From a bacterium (GTDB taxonomy: Bacteria; Patescibacteriota; Saccharimonadia; Saccharimonadales; UBA4665): a DNA stretch of 50,331 nucleotides. The notes beneath the pieces were generated by a model that saw nothing but the letters and a program-made list of their open reading frames with translations, ran no database searches and had not been told where the DNA came from. The number at the start of each line of letters is the position of its first letter. Positions within the stretch are counted from its first letter, which is position 1. The stretch lies in NCBI GenBank assembly GCA_021781915.1, contig JAJXVX010000001.1:1-50331 (forward strand), read 5' to 3'. The position numbers and the translations under genes were made by a program. This document shows, in pieces, positions 17,139 to 27,533 of the stretch.

Positions 17139-17906
17139 TTATTTTTTGCAGAGCAAGAAGAAGATGCTCGGACCAAAATATGTTCCGGACAAAGGTTGTT
17201 GCAAAACTTTTTCTAAAAACAATAAAGCGGACATCGGTAAAATAGATTTAAAAATTCGATGTCGAAGATTAGAAACTGACAATACTCTCTCAACTATCAA
17301 ACCAGCTTGATCGAACTGCCAAATAACCGTTCTTGGGTTATGGTTAACAAAAGGTATCTCGTTTTGATTACGATGCTCTTTTGACCGAATATCGACCGGC
17401 GTGGTTGGTAATTTCTTCCCTTTAACGAATAACCTAATTCGATTTAAGAAATGAGCATAATTAGCTACCTCTATGATAGCGTAGCCATCTTTAGATAAAA
17501 CCCGGGATATTTCGGCTAATTCGACTGAAGGCTCGGGCAAATGATGCATAACTCTAACCATGGCCAGAAGATCTACCGAACCGGTTGGAAATTCAAGATT
17601 ATCGGCCTGCATAATTTTTCTTTCAATTGAAGGAAAATCTTTCAGATACTTTTTGGCAATATCGAGTTGTTGTGATGAAGGCTCGGACAAAACAACCTTA
17701 TCAGAATATTCAGCCAATACTGTTGATAGCCTACCGTAACCACCGCCTAAATCAACCGCTAATTTAAAATGTTTGCCGCTCAGTAATTTGTTAATGGCGA
17801 TAACTTCAGCTTGATTTTCGTATTTACGATTATCCCAGTATCTTAAATAATTATGATTCTCGTCATTATATTGATCCGCTTTTTTCAAGTTTTTTTGATT
17901 TGCCAT
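17139..17906 (-). CDS. Class I SAM-dependent methyltransferase
   Basis: VDLGGGYGR motif I, ADNLEFP, VRVMHHL, RVLSKDG; promoter TTGGCT-17-TATATT 8 nt upstream of the ATG. Confidence 0.88.
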   Translation of the reverse strand: MANQKNLKKADQYNDENHNYLRYWDNRKYENQAEVIAINKLLSGKHFKLAVDLGGGYGRLSTVLAEYSDKVVLSEPSSQQLDIAKKYLKDFPSIERKIMQADNLEFPTGSVDLLAMVRVMHHLPEPSVELAEISRVLSKDGYAIIEVANYAHFLNRIRLFVKGKKLPTTPVDIRSKEHRNQNEIPFVNHNPRTVIWQFDQAGLIVERVLSVSNLRHRIFKSILPMSALLFLEKVLQQPLSGTYFGPSIFFLLCKK

Positions 17907-17944
17907 AGTTATTCAATATACTAAAGTGCGTTAAATTAGCCAAG

Positions 17945-19198
17945 CTAAAGTGCAATTAAAGCGCTGTCTTTAAACGCTTTACCCTTTTTAATTAGAGCAA
18001 GGCCGTTCAGAAAATCTGATTCAGTTAAGTTTTCTCTATCGATCTTATTAAAATTAATCGAAATGGAGTCAGATTTAAGTAAATTCCGAGCGTCTGTTTT
18101 CGAAACAGCTAAACCAACATCAACTAGGATATCAATTATCGAACCGTTATTATCTACTTGTTTAAAGGTCACTTCTTGTTTGAGGCCGTTCATCTCCTCT
18201 TGGGAGAGTTGTGTTAAAGGTATTTGACCAGTTAAAACTTGCGAGACTTTAACAGCCAAGTCAGCGCTATTCTTGCCATGAACTATCTTTGTTACTTGAT
18301 AGGCCAGCTCTTTTTGTCCAATCCTAGAAGCCGGTTCAGCTTTGTGGCGACTAACCAATTCATCAACTTCATTTTTATTCATAAATGTATAAGCTTTGAC
18401 TAGATATTCTAAATCGTCATCAGTGGTATTTATGAAAAATTGGTAAAACATAGTTGGGGTAGTCATTTTATCGTCTAGCCAAACCGCGCCAGACTCGCTT
18501 TTTCCAAATTTAATACCAGTTGTACGGTTGATAATAAGAGGAATGGTCAAGGCATTAACTTCTGCATTTTCTTTTTTTCTAATTAAAGAAACACCGGACA
18601 AGAGATTACCCCATTGATCTGAACCACCAATCTGTAAATCAACACCGAAATTCTTAAACAGATGCCAAAAGTCATACCCCTGAATAAGGGTGTAGCTAAA
18701 TTCAGTGTAGCTTATACCGTCACCTAACTCATCTATTCTTGTTTGAACAAAATCTCTGTTAACTAAATCAGAAATAGCAAAATACTTACCGGTTTCTCTC
18801 AGAAAATCCATCAATTTAATATCTTTAAACCAATCATAATTATTGACAAACGATATCGGGTGACCACTTACATTATCATTAAAAATCTTTTCAACCTGCT
18901 TTTTGATTGATTCGGTATTATGTCTAATCTCTTCAACTGATTTTAGGTTCCTTTCGGTCAGTTTTCCAGAAGGATCCCCAACTAAAGAGGTAGCTCCGCC
19001 AATAAGCATAAAGACTTTATGGCCAGCTGAGACAAATCTCATAAGCAACATTAAAATAGCTAAGTTTCCAATTGTTAGGCTATCGGCCGTACCATCGACA
19101 CCTAAATATAAAGCGTGTGGTTGATCTAGATATTTATCATCAGTGAAGGTTTTATCCTTAATACTGCCACGCCAGACCAATTCTTCGCTTAATTTCAT
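17945..19198 (-). CDS. tyrS: Tyrosine--tRNA ligase
   Basis: GDPSGK, QGYDF, QIGGSDQWGN, KFGKS and a C-terminal S4-like domain. Confidence 0.97.
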   Translation of the reverse strand: MKLSEELVWRGSIKDKTFTDDKYLDQPHALYLGVDGTADSLTIGNLAILMLLMRFVSAGHKVFMLIGGATSLVGDPSGKLTERNLKSVEEIRHNTESIKKQVEKIFNDNVSGHPISFVNNYDWFKDIKLMDFLRETGKYFAISDLVNRDFVQTRIDELGDGISYTEFSYTLIQGYDFWHLFKNFGVDLQIGGSDQWGNLLSGVSLIRKKENAEVNALTIPLIINRTTGIKFGKSESGAVWLDDKMTTPTMFYQFFINTTDDDLEYLVKAYTFMNKNEVDELVSRHKAEPASRIGQKELAYQVTKIVHGKNSADLAVKVSQVLTGQIPLTQLSQEEMNGLKQEVTFKQVDNNGSIIDILVDVGLAVSKTDARNLLKSDSISINFNKIDRENLTESDFLNGLALIKKGKAFKDSALIAL

Positions 19199-19336
19199 CT
19201 TCTTATCAGCCTTTCTATGTATAAACTGATTATTATCTTATCTAAAATTTTATCATAAGATATATCTATAAAAACTAATTTCTTATTGTTATAATAAGAT
19301 TTAATACTTGGATGTTGATTAGGAGTTTTAAGAATA

Positions 19337-22300
19337 ATGCAAGGTTCAAACGATAAAAATAGATCAAGACGTCGGAATAATCTAAAAACAAAAAGTGGTA
19401 AAGTTATCTCTATTAACCGAACTATTTCCGAAAGTCGGAAAGACAAAAAATCAGAAAAAGCCACTCGAAAAGCTCTCTACTTAAGAAGTTTACCTAAAAA
19501 TAAATTCTTAAGGGTAGCCTACCGATTACATCCAAAACACCAATTCGAATATTGGTTTAGCCGAGATGGTCTGATTATGTTCCTTAAGCTTTTTGGAATT
19601 CTTATAGTTATAGGATTCTTTCTAATAATCGGATTGTTTGCTTACTTTAGAAAAGACTTACCTCAATTAAATAATATAACTGGAAGTAACGTCGGTGGTA
19701 GCGTAACTTATTATGACAGCACAGGTAAAACGGTTCTGTGGCAAGATTACAGCGCCGTCAAACGTATACCAGTTCCTTCGAGTCAAATTAACAATTACAT
19801 GAAAGAAGCGACTGTAGCCATCGAAGATAAAAATTTTTATCACGAAGGTGCGTTTTCGATTACCGGTACAGTTAGAGCCGCTGTCAACGACCTTACCGGT
19901 GGATCTCTGCAAGGTGGATCTACATTAACTCAGCAACTAGTCAAACTAAATGAAAACTGGACAGATAATCGTACTATTATAAGGAAAGTCAAAGAACTAA
20001 TTTTAGCCGTTGAAGTAGCAAGAGAATACTCGAAAAATGATATTTTGGTCGGTTATCTTAACCTCGCTCCTTACGGTGGAGTCGACTATGGTGTTGAAGC
20101 CGCTGCCGAAGATTATTTCCAAACCTCAGCAGCCAATCTAACGCTAGCTCAAGCATCGATGCTGGCTGCCATACCCCAAGCACCTACCTATTATTCGCCC
20201 TACTCAGATAGTAAATATAACCCAGCTGTTACAGGCAATTACTTTTCTCAGTCAGCACTCTTAAATAGACAACATTACGTCTTGCAACAAATGGTATCGT
20301 TGCATTACATTACTCAATCGCAAGCCGATGCAGCTGCTTCGGTTGATATTATGTCCCAGATTCATCAACAACAAGGGCTTTATCAAAATATTAAGGCACC
20401 TTACTTCGTCTTAGCAGCCAAACAACAACTGATCAGCCAATTTGGTAGCTCAGTCTATCTAAAAGGTGGTTTAAAAGTTATAACTACTCTTGATATGTCA
20501 ATGCAAACTCACGCTGAGCAATTGGTGGCCCAAAATTACCCAAGCGTCCAACGAATGACTGCCGGCCGAGCCGACGAAGAAGCCACCGTAACCGAAGATG
20601 TTAAGACTGGTTGGATAGTCGATTTAGTCGGAGGCGTGGATTTCAACAATCCGACAGATGGACAGATTAACTATGCGGCCTCCGTTTTAATTCCACCCGG
20701 TTCAAGTTTTAAACCGTATGATTATTCAACTTTAATTAATAATAACAACAATGTCGGAGCCGGATCGGTCTTATACGATCAAACTGGACCTCTACCGGGT
20801 TATCCGTGTACCAACAAAGCCTTACCTGTTAATGGTGGTAATTGTCTTGAAGACTATGATTTCTTGTCTCCAGGTCCACTTACTTTGAGGTATGCCTTAG
20901 GTGGATCACGTAATATTCCTGCTGTCAAAGCGATGCTTGAAGCTGTACCTAACGATAATTCCTACGAACATGTTAATTCAATCAATAAAGTGATTTCAAC
21001 CGCCAGTGCTCTAATGGATAACACCACCGCACAATCCTTACATCAAAACACCTATAACTGCTATAAACCAGGCACAGACATGACAACAGCTTCTTATTCT
21101 GACACTACCCAATGTTACGCTGCTTCAGCTATTGGAGACGGTGGATTCCTTTACCTTGATGATCATGTCAACGGCTTAGCTTCTATTGCAAGACTGGGTG
21201 AAGCCATACCAAGAACCTTCATTGTTAGAATAACCAACTCAGACAATAAAGTCCTCTACCAGTGGACTCAACCTAAAGGTACTCAAGTTTTGAAACCAGA
21301 TGCTGCCTACATTGTAGACAATATGCTATCCGACCCAAATGCCAGCTACTTACCGGGCTCCTGTTCAGCGACTAACTGTACTCCTCTATCGCATTTCGGC
21401 TACAAATTCCACCGTTTCAACGGCTGGGACTTCGCTATAAAGACCGGTACTACAAATAATGGTTACGATGGACTAATGGCTTCCTGGTCAACTCAATACG
21501 CTACAGTCAGCTGGGTTGGTAATCACACTAGAAATGTTAACCTCTGTCTTTCCTCTGAATGTACAATGGAATATCTAACTGAACCACTAACCCGAGGCAT
21601 GATGGAATTCGCCCACCAAAATCTAAAACCACAAAACTGGGTTCAGCCTAGTGATATAAAGGTTTTGCCTGCATTCGTAGTTACGAAACATGTCCACTAC
21701 GGTGATGTCGAACCAAGTCCAGCCAACGAATTATTCCCATCTTGGTATGTTGGCAATGCTAAAACCTCTAACTCATCAGTTAAAATTGATAAAGTCTCTG
21801 GACTAGTCGCTACTACCTGTACGCCAGCCGATGCAATCGAGCAACAATCCAACACTGATACAGCAAATTGGAATATTGATATTTTTGTTAACGGTGGTAC
21901 ACCGAATATATCAACTAATGGATCAGGGACAACTTCTTCCTCACCAACCAAAACAGATAATGTTCATAACTGTAACGATAACCTTCCTACCGTCACCCTA
22001 ACCGCCAATAATCTTTACGGATCCAAAAATAATATCTGTGACGGTTCGTGTAATTTCATGGCCACAGTTAAACAAGGTACTCATCTGTTGACTGATCCAA
22101 CAAACTATCCTCAGTTCCCTGGCAATATCGCAATGGCGATTAACGGTCAAACGATTCAAATTTCATCCAACGGTTCTACTGCAGGCCCGTCAATCCCAAT
22201 TACACAACCAGACATTCAGTCGATACCAATTACCTTCACGCCCACTTCAAGTGGATCAGGTAACTTAATAGCGACGGTCACCGACAGCGTACTTTACCAA

Positions 22301-22564
22301 GGCAATAGTTCTCCATTATCGATTACTTTTGTTGCGATACCTACAATTACATCCGTTACCAATAACAACAGTGATATCTCATGGACTGGAGGAATTGGTC
22401 CATATACAATCAAAGATGTAACTACTGGTTTAACTCTCTGCGATACTTCATTAACTACCCAGCCAGACGCAACTTCTTGTACCACCAAAATACCAATTAT
22501 CTCCGGTGATCAACTTAGTATCTCAGATGCCTATGTACAGGGTACTGACTACACTGTTCAATGA
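19337..22564 (+). CDS. Class A penicillin-binding protein (transglycosylase + transpeptidase) with Cys/Thr-rich C-terminal extension
   Basis: TM anchor; GT51 motifs EDKNFY, GGSTLTQQ, RKVKE; transpeptidase motifs SSFK, SRN, KTGT; SD AGGAG. Confidence 0.93.
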   Translation: MQGSNDKNRSRRRNNLKTKSGKVISINRTISESRKDKKSEKATRKALYLRSLPKNKFLRVAYRLHPKHQFEYWFSRDGLIMFLKLFGILIVIGFFLIIGLFAYFRKDLPQLNNITGSNVGGSVTYYDSTGKTVLWQDYSAVKRIPVPSSQINNYMKEATVAIEDKNFYHEGAFSITGTVRAAVNDLTGGSLQGGSTLTQQLVKLNENWTDNRTIIRKVKELILAVEVAREYSKNDILVGYLNLAPYGGVDYGVEAAAEDYFQTSAANLTLAQASMLAAIPQAPTYYSPYSDSKYNPAVTGNYFSQSALLNRQHYVLQQMVSLHYITQSQADAAASVDIMSQIHQQQGLYQNIKAPYFVLAAKQQLISQFGSSVYLKGGLKVITTLDMSMQTHAEQLVAQNYPSVQRMTAGRADEEATVTEDVKTGWIVDLVGGVDFNNPTDGQINYAASVLIPPGSSFKPYDYSTLINNNNNVGAGSVLYDQTGPLPGYPCTNKALPVNGGNCLEDYDFLSPGPLTLRYALGGSRNIPAVKAMLEAVPNDNSYEHVNSINKVISTASALMDNTTAQSLHQNTYNCYKPGTDMTTASYSDTTQCYAASAIGDGGFLYLDDHVNGLASIARLGEAIPRTFIVRITNSDNKVLYQWTQPKGTQVLKPDAAYIVDNMLSDPNASYLPGSCSATNCTPLSHFGYKFHRFNGWDFAIKTGTTNNGYDGLMASWSTQYATVSWVGNHTRNVNLCLSSECTMEYLTEPLTRGMMEFAHQNLKPQNWVQPSDIKVLPAFVVTKHVHYGDVEPSPANELFPSWYVGNAKTSNSSVKIDKVSGLVATTCTPADAIEQQSNTDTANWNIDIFVNGGTPNISTNGSGTTSSSPTKTDNVHNCNDNLPTVTLTANNLYGSKNNICDGSCNFMATVKQGTHLLTDPTNYPQFPGNIAMAINGQTIQISSNGSTAGPSIPITQPDIQSIPITFTPTSSGSGNLIATVTDSVLYQGNSSPLSITFVAIPTITSVTNNNSDISWTGGIGPYTIKDVTTGLTLCDTSLTTQPDATSCTTKIPIISGDQLSISDAYVQGTDYTVQ

Positions 22565-22571
22565 ATATCTA

Positions 22572-23909
22572 CTAAAAATAATTCAAAATTATCTCGGCCA
22601 AGTTTCTAGCTTGATTATTGCCTGACAAATTCTCCTTAGTCTTGGGTCCTAAACAACCATCAAAACCAAGTTTTTTTGCTTCTTTAAGTCTTTTATCCAC
22701 ATAAGCGACATGCCTTATCTCTCCCGAAAGTCCTACTTCACCAAAAATAACTAAATTTTTCTTAATTTTCGTACCAAGATGAGCTGATATAATAGCTAGA
22801 CAAATTGCTAAGTCAGCAGCCGGCTCGTTTAAGCTAATACCACCCACAACATTGATATAGACATCCTTAGAAGACAGCTTAACTTTTGTCCGTTGTTCGA
22901 TCACGGCAATTAATAGATTCAATCTGTTTATGTCGAAACCACTGGCTGTCCTTTTCGGGTAACCAAAATTTGTCGCGCTGACTAAGGCCTGAACTTCAAC
23001 TAAGACTGCTCTGGAGCCCTCCATTGCAGCCGTTACAACTGATCCGTCAATGTCTAGTCTTTCGTCAAGTAAGATTTCTGAAGGATTACTAATAGTCTTA
23101 AAGCCACTGCTCGTCATCTCGAATATTGCGACTTCATTAGTCGACCCAAACCTATTCTTAAGCGATCTCAGCAATTTAAAACCACCATACCTATCACCCT
23201 CAAGCGAAAGAACGACATCAACCATATGTTCCAGGATTTTTGGACCAGCAATCGAACCGTCTTTAGTGACATGTCCTATTATAATTACTGCTGTGTTAGA
23301 ACTTTTAGCCGATGTAATGATAGCCTGTGCTGAATTGGAAATTTGTCCGACCGAACCCGCCGATGAGCCTACCCAGCTGCAAGAAATAGTCTGAATTGAA
23401 TCGATGATAACTAAATCGTAATCGGCGCTATCTATGCTGGCGGCTATATCATCAGTTGAATTACTATTAGAGATTGATAGGTTTTCACTACTGCCTTTGA
23501 TTCGAAGCTTTCTTTGATCTACTTGATAAGTTGTTTCTTCTGAGGATACATAGAGTACTTTTTTGTTTTTGGCTATATTAAGGGCCATCTGGAGTATTAA
23601 GGTACTCTTTCCTATGCCTGGCTGACCAGTTAAAAGTATAACGCTACCCGATAGCACTCCACCGCCTAAAACTTCATCGATATCTTCAAAGCCAACTGGA
23701 TAACGTTGATTACTATCCATTCCGAGAGGGCTGTCTAGTTTAAGGATATTTAACGGCCGACCAGTTTTAAGTTTTGATGAACTAATTGAAATTGGAGCTT
23801 GTTCTTCTAAGGTATTCCACTCCATACACCTTGGACAACGACCACTCCACTGATTGAAGGTCGCCAAACAGCTCGAACATACAAAACTGACTGCCTCTTT
23901 TTTTGCCAT
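22572..23909 (-). CDS. radA: DNA repair protein RadA/Sms
   Basis: CSSC..CPRC zinc finger, GQPGIGKST Walker A, KNRFG motif, Lon-like C-terminus. Confidence 0.97.
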   Translation of the reverse strand: MAKKEAVSFVCSSCLATFNQWSGRCPRCMEWNTLEEQAPISISSSKLKTGRPLNILKLDSPLGMDSNQRYPVGFEDIDEVLGGGVLSGSVILLTGQPGIGKSTLILQMALNIAKNKKVLYVSSEETTYQVDQRKLRIKGSSENLSISNSNSTDDIAASIDSADYDLVIIDSIQTISCSWVGSSAGSVGQISNSAQAIITSAKSSNTAVIIIGHVTKDGSIAGPKILEHMVDVVLSLEGDRYGGFKLLRSLKNRFGSTNEVAIFEMTSSGFKTISNPSEILLDERLDIDGSVVTAAMEGSRAVLVEVQALVSATNFGYPKRTASGFDINRLNLLIAVIEQRTKVKLSSKDVYINVVGGISLNEPAADLAICLAIISAHLGTKIKKNLVIFGEVGLSGEIRHVAYVDKRLKEAKKLGFDGCLGPKTKENLSGNNQARNLAEIILNYF

Positions 23910-23935
23910 ATCTAAACAATATTATAGTTTAAAAA

Positions 23936-24904
23936 CTACTTGGTTGGTATAGTCGGTGGGCTTATCTCAGTCTCTAGAGAAACTAGGGCAATCGATATTT
24001 GATTTCGTTGACTGACTAGTTGGTTATAATTGGTTATTTCAGCAGAAATATTTGTAACTAGGTTATTGTACTGATTAACCTTGCTGTTATAGGAATTAAT
24101 TAGATCGTTAATAGCCGGGTCACTCGGGTTAGAATTAATATAATTTAGTTGATTATTCAATGATAAGTATAGTGCTTTAGCCTGATTTTGTTGATTAGTT
24201 ATAGTGGCATTCATAGATAAGAGTGTACTGTCGTAAGAGGATAGCTGAGTTTTCTTATTAAGAAATACCTGCTGATAGGCTTGCTCATAAGCAACAACTT
24301 TACTTCTATTGTAAAAGTATTTTGTATAAAAAGATTCCAGTTGCGGCGTTAGTGTGGCGCACTCGGTCGGAAAGGTTGAATTCATTTCGTCATAAACTGA
24401 ACCAGGCTCAGTTTTCATATAAATTGCCACCTCATCTTTAATCCTTTGATTAGTCAAATCGTGTTTATAAAAATTTAATAGCAATCCATCGAGGTAATCT
24501 TTTTGAGATGATGATAGTCTGGAATAAACACCGTGGAGCATTTCATGGGCAGCCGTTACCTGCATAATGCCATTTAAGGTAGGATCAGCTACACTTAAAA
24601 TATAAATACCATTTTCATTCGGATAATAACATCCCAGGATTATCTCCTCAGAGGGATGATAGTTGGGACAAAGTTTAGAAAAATGTATCTTATCCAAAAA
24701 GGTTGGATGATTGATATAAAATATCTGTCGGGAAATTGGCGTCATACTATCTTCAGTCGCCAGCTGATTAACTAATGCTGGAACTTTATAGTTATATAGA
24801 ATGGCCTCATCATAGAGGCTGAAACGATTGTAATAAACTAAATATCCAACCAAAAACAGAACTATTAAAACAATAAACGGTTTTAAGCCCTTTTTTCGAC
24901 TCAT
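23936..24904 (-). CDS. Membrane-anchored putative zinc metallopeptidase with C-terminal coiled coil (start likely MSRKK)
   Basis: N-terminal TM helix, AAHEMLH (HExxH), downstream DEMNS Glu, N/Q-rich heptad region; TAGAAT 7 nt upstream of ATG 24904. Confidence 0.7.
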   Translation of the reverse strand: MSRKKGLKPFIVLIVLFLVGYLVYYNRFSLYDEAILYNYKVPALVNQLATEDSMTPISRQIFYINHPTFLDKIHFSKLCPNYHPSEEIILGCYYPNENGIYILSVADPTLNGIMQVTAAHEMLHGVYSRLSSSQKDYLDGLLLNFYKHDLTNQRIKDEVAIYMKTEPGSVYDEMNSTFPTECATLTPQLESFYTKYFYNRSKVVAYEQAYQQVFLNKKTQLSSYDSTLLSMNATITNQQNQAKALYLSLNNQLNYINSNPSDPAINDLINSYNSKVNQYNNLVTNISAEITNYNQLVSQRNQISIALVSLETEISPPTIPTK

Positions 24905-24927
24905 CCTAACCATTCTAAGATAAAAAT

Positions 24928-27429
24928 CTATTTAGATACAGTAGATTCGTTTAGTATCTTGTAGTCTAGCTGACCAGCTTTAGCAGAGACTGAAACTATA
25001 TCACCTTTGGACAATTTATTAGCAAGCAGATTGGTCGATATATAGTCTTCAATAGTGTCTTGGATTAATCTTCTAAGCGGTCTAACGCCGTTTTTAGCAT
25101 CGTAACCCTCTTTAAGAAGGTAGTTCTTACCGCTTTCACTGAGCAAAATACCAATTCCAAATTTGACCATCCTGCTTTTCAGTTCATTTATTTGCAGGTC
25201 GATAATCTTTTTAACATCAATCTTGGTTAAGGCCCTAAAAACAACTACTTTATCAATCCGATTCAACATCTCAGGTCGAAGCAGACGGTTTAATTCTTCC
25301 ATTACATTCAGCTTATTCGCTTGATGAATTTGATCCAAATCTTCTAGCTGTGATTTGTCTGATATGCTAAAACCATAGGCAGCTTCTTTCTGTAGCTTAT
25401 CAGCGCCCAGGTTCGAGGTCATGATTATTATAGTATTGGTAAAATCAATCTTCTTGCCTTTAGCATCACTTAAGTAGCCGTCCTCCAAAATTTGAAGCAT
25501 CATATTGAAAACATCCGGATGGGCTTTTTCAATTTCATCAAATAGAACAAGACTGTAGGGTTGACGTCGTATTTTATCAGTCAACTGACCGCCCTGCTCA
25601 TATCCAACATAACCAGCTGGCGCACCGACTAGTCTCGAGACCGTGTGATGCTCACCGAATTCACTCATATCAATTTTAATAAGGGCTGACTCTGAACCAT
25701 AAAATTCTCTAGCCAGAACTCTGGCTAATTCTGTTTTTCCAACACCCGTCGGACCGAGGAAAACAAATGAACCAATTGGTCTTTTCTCGCTAGAGACGCC
25801 TGAACGGTTGCGACGAATGGCTGAAGCGACTACTTTAGTTGCTTCATCTTGTCCTATGACTTGTTTGCCTAGTATTTTTTCAAGTTGCAATAAATATGAG
25901 GCTTCTGATGCGATTACTTTTTTTAGTGGAATTCCGGTCATTCGTGAAACAACATCAGACAAGTCTTCTACACTCAATGTTAATCTTTGTTTATTCTTTT
26001 GAGCTTTATCCAACTTGTTCAACTCGGAATTAATCTGTGATGCTTTAGTTTTATACTGAGCTGCTTTTTCATAATCTTCAGAATCGACAGCGTCTTCTAT
26101 GCGAGCATTTAGTAATTTAAGTTCTTTTTGCAGATTTCTAATTTCTGGGCTGGTTTTGACTTTTAAGACCTTTAAGTGAGCAGCAGCTTCGTCGATTAAG
26201 TCTATTGCCTTATCTGGCATAAAACGATCATGAATATAACGTGATGCTAATCGAACAGCATCTTCTAAGACTTCATCGGAAATACTAACACCGTGATACG
26301 ATTCATAGTGTTTCTTTAACCCCTTTAATATGGCCAGCGTTTCCGACGGTGATGTTTCCTGAACTTGAATAGGCTGAAGTCTTCTCTCTAAGGCAGCGTC
26401 TTTTTCTATATATTTGGTATACTCAGCGGTGGTCGTAGCTCCTATTAGATGAATTGTGCCTCTGGCAAGAGCTGGTTTTAATATATTACCTGCATCCATC
26501 GATCCTTCGGCTGAACCGGCGCCAACTATCAGATGTAGCTCATCGATAAAAAGAATAGTCTTTTTGTCTTTCTCTAGCTCTTGCATGACTTTCTTTAGTC
26601 TCTCTTCAAATTCACCACGATATTTAGTTCCGGCAACCATTGCGGCCAAATCGAGTACAACAATTTTTTTATCAAGTAAACTATCGGGGACGTCCTCAGC
26701 GACAATTCTTTGAGCTAGACCCTCGACGATGGCCGTTTTTCCAACTCCTGGCTCACCGATTAAAACAGGGTTATTCTTTGTTCGTCGATTAAGTATGGTA
26801 ATTAAACGGCTTATTTGATCGTCTCGCCCAACAACCGGATCTAACTTATGGCTTTTGGCCATTACAGTCAGATCAGTGCCAAAGGATTCTAAGGCTGATT
26901 TTTGAAAATTCTTGGTCGCTTTTTTAGAACCAATACGATAATCTCTGGTATCTTCTTCATATTGTTGACGGTTTAAAAGATTAGTCAGTTCATTTAGTAC
27001 TGAGCTAACATCAGCATTAACATTCTTTAGCAGTTCGGTTGCTTTAGAATTCTTCTGATTTAGAATTGAAAAGATTATATGTTCTGTACCGCAAAATTCT
27101 TGGTTAAACTCCTGAGAAACATCATAGGCCATTTTTAAAGTTAATTTGGCGGTTTCGGAAAAACCTTTCATCGGCTCATTTAATGCTATGCTTTTAGGTT
27201 GAACCTTTATAGCTAAACGAGTTTTTTCAAACGTCACACCAGCTTTATCAAAAATTTTAGCACCAATTGACTCTTTTTGAGCTAAAACTCCTAATAATAG
27301 ATGTTCAGTGCCGACATATGAGCTGCCCAAACTTCGAGCAATCAATTCGGCCTGACGCAATGAAGATATCGCATTGTTAGTTAAGTGATTTAAAAATTCT
27401 CTAAAATCAGGATCGTTATTTGGAAACAT
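24928..27429 (-). CDS. clpC: ATP-dependent Clp protease ATP-binding subunit ClpC
   Basis: Two Clp-N repeats, GEPGVGKT and [11 protein letters not shown]+ modules, short UVR-type middle domain, ClpP-docking YGF loop. Confidence 0.93.
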   Translation of the reverse strand: MFPNNDPDFREFLNHLTNNAISSLRQAELIARSLGSSYVGTEHLLLGVLAQKESIGAKIFDKAGVTFEKTRLAIKVQPKSIALNEPMKGFSETAKLTLKMAYDVSQEFNQEFCGTEHIIFSILNQKNSKATELLKNVNADVSSVLNELTNLLNRQQYEEDTRDYRIGSKKATKNFQKSALESFGTDLTVMAKSHKLDPVVGRDDQISRLITILNRRTKNNPVLIGEPGVGKTAIVEGLAQRIVAEDVPDSLLDKKIVVLDLAAMVAGTKYRGEFEERLKKVMQELEKDKKTILFIDELHLIVGAGSAEGSMDAGNILKPALARGTIHLIGATTTAEYTKYIEKDAALERRLQPIQVQETSPSETLAILKGLKKHYESYHGVSISDEVLEDAVRLASRYIHDRFMPDKAIDLIDEAAAHLKVLKVKTSPEIRNLQKELKLLNARIEDAVDSEDYEKAAQYKTKASQINSELNKLDKAQKNKQRLTLSVEDLSDVVSRMTGIPLKKVIASEASYLLQLEKILGKQVIGQDEATKVVASAIRRNRSGVSSEKRPIGSFVFLGPTGVGKTELARVLAREFYGSESALIKIDMSEFGEHHTVSRLVGAPAGYVGYEQGGQLTDKIRRQPYSLVLFDEIEKAHPDVFNMMLQILEDGYLSDAKGKKIDFTNTIIIMTSNLGADKLQKEAAYGFSISDKSQLEDLDQIHQANKLNVMEELNRLLRPEMLNRIDKVVVFRALTKIDVKKIIDLQINELKSRMVKFGIGILLSESGKNYLLKEGYDAKNGVRPLRRLIQDTIEDYISTNLLANKLSKGDIVSVSAKAGQLDYKILNESTVSK

Positions 27430-27501
27430 ATTATCTTTCTTATTATAGCTTTATCTAACAGCAATTTATTGAAAAATTGCTTATAAGTAAATAATAAGAA
27501 A

Positions 27502-27528
27502 TTAGCACTCACATGTCAAGAGTGCCAA
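27502..27528 (-). promoter_or_regulatory. CIRCE (HrcA operator) overlapping the clpC promoter
   Basis: Plus strand TTAGCACTC-ACATGTCAA-GAGTGCCAA. On the minus strand the spacer TTGACA is 17 bp from TATTAT. Confidence 0.9.
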
Positions 27529-27533
27529 TTTAT

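Noticed and set aside
17111..17176. recG N-terminal extension overlapping the methyltransferase gene
   Set aside because: It overlaps the upstream CDS and a good extended -10; ATG 17110 is more plausible.
23800..23885. Hypothesis of complete loss of zinc fingers in this genome
   Set aside because: RadA keeps its CxxC..CxxC finger, and catalytic Zn sites (PepN, Fba, DnaE PHP) are intact; the loss is selective.
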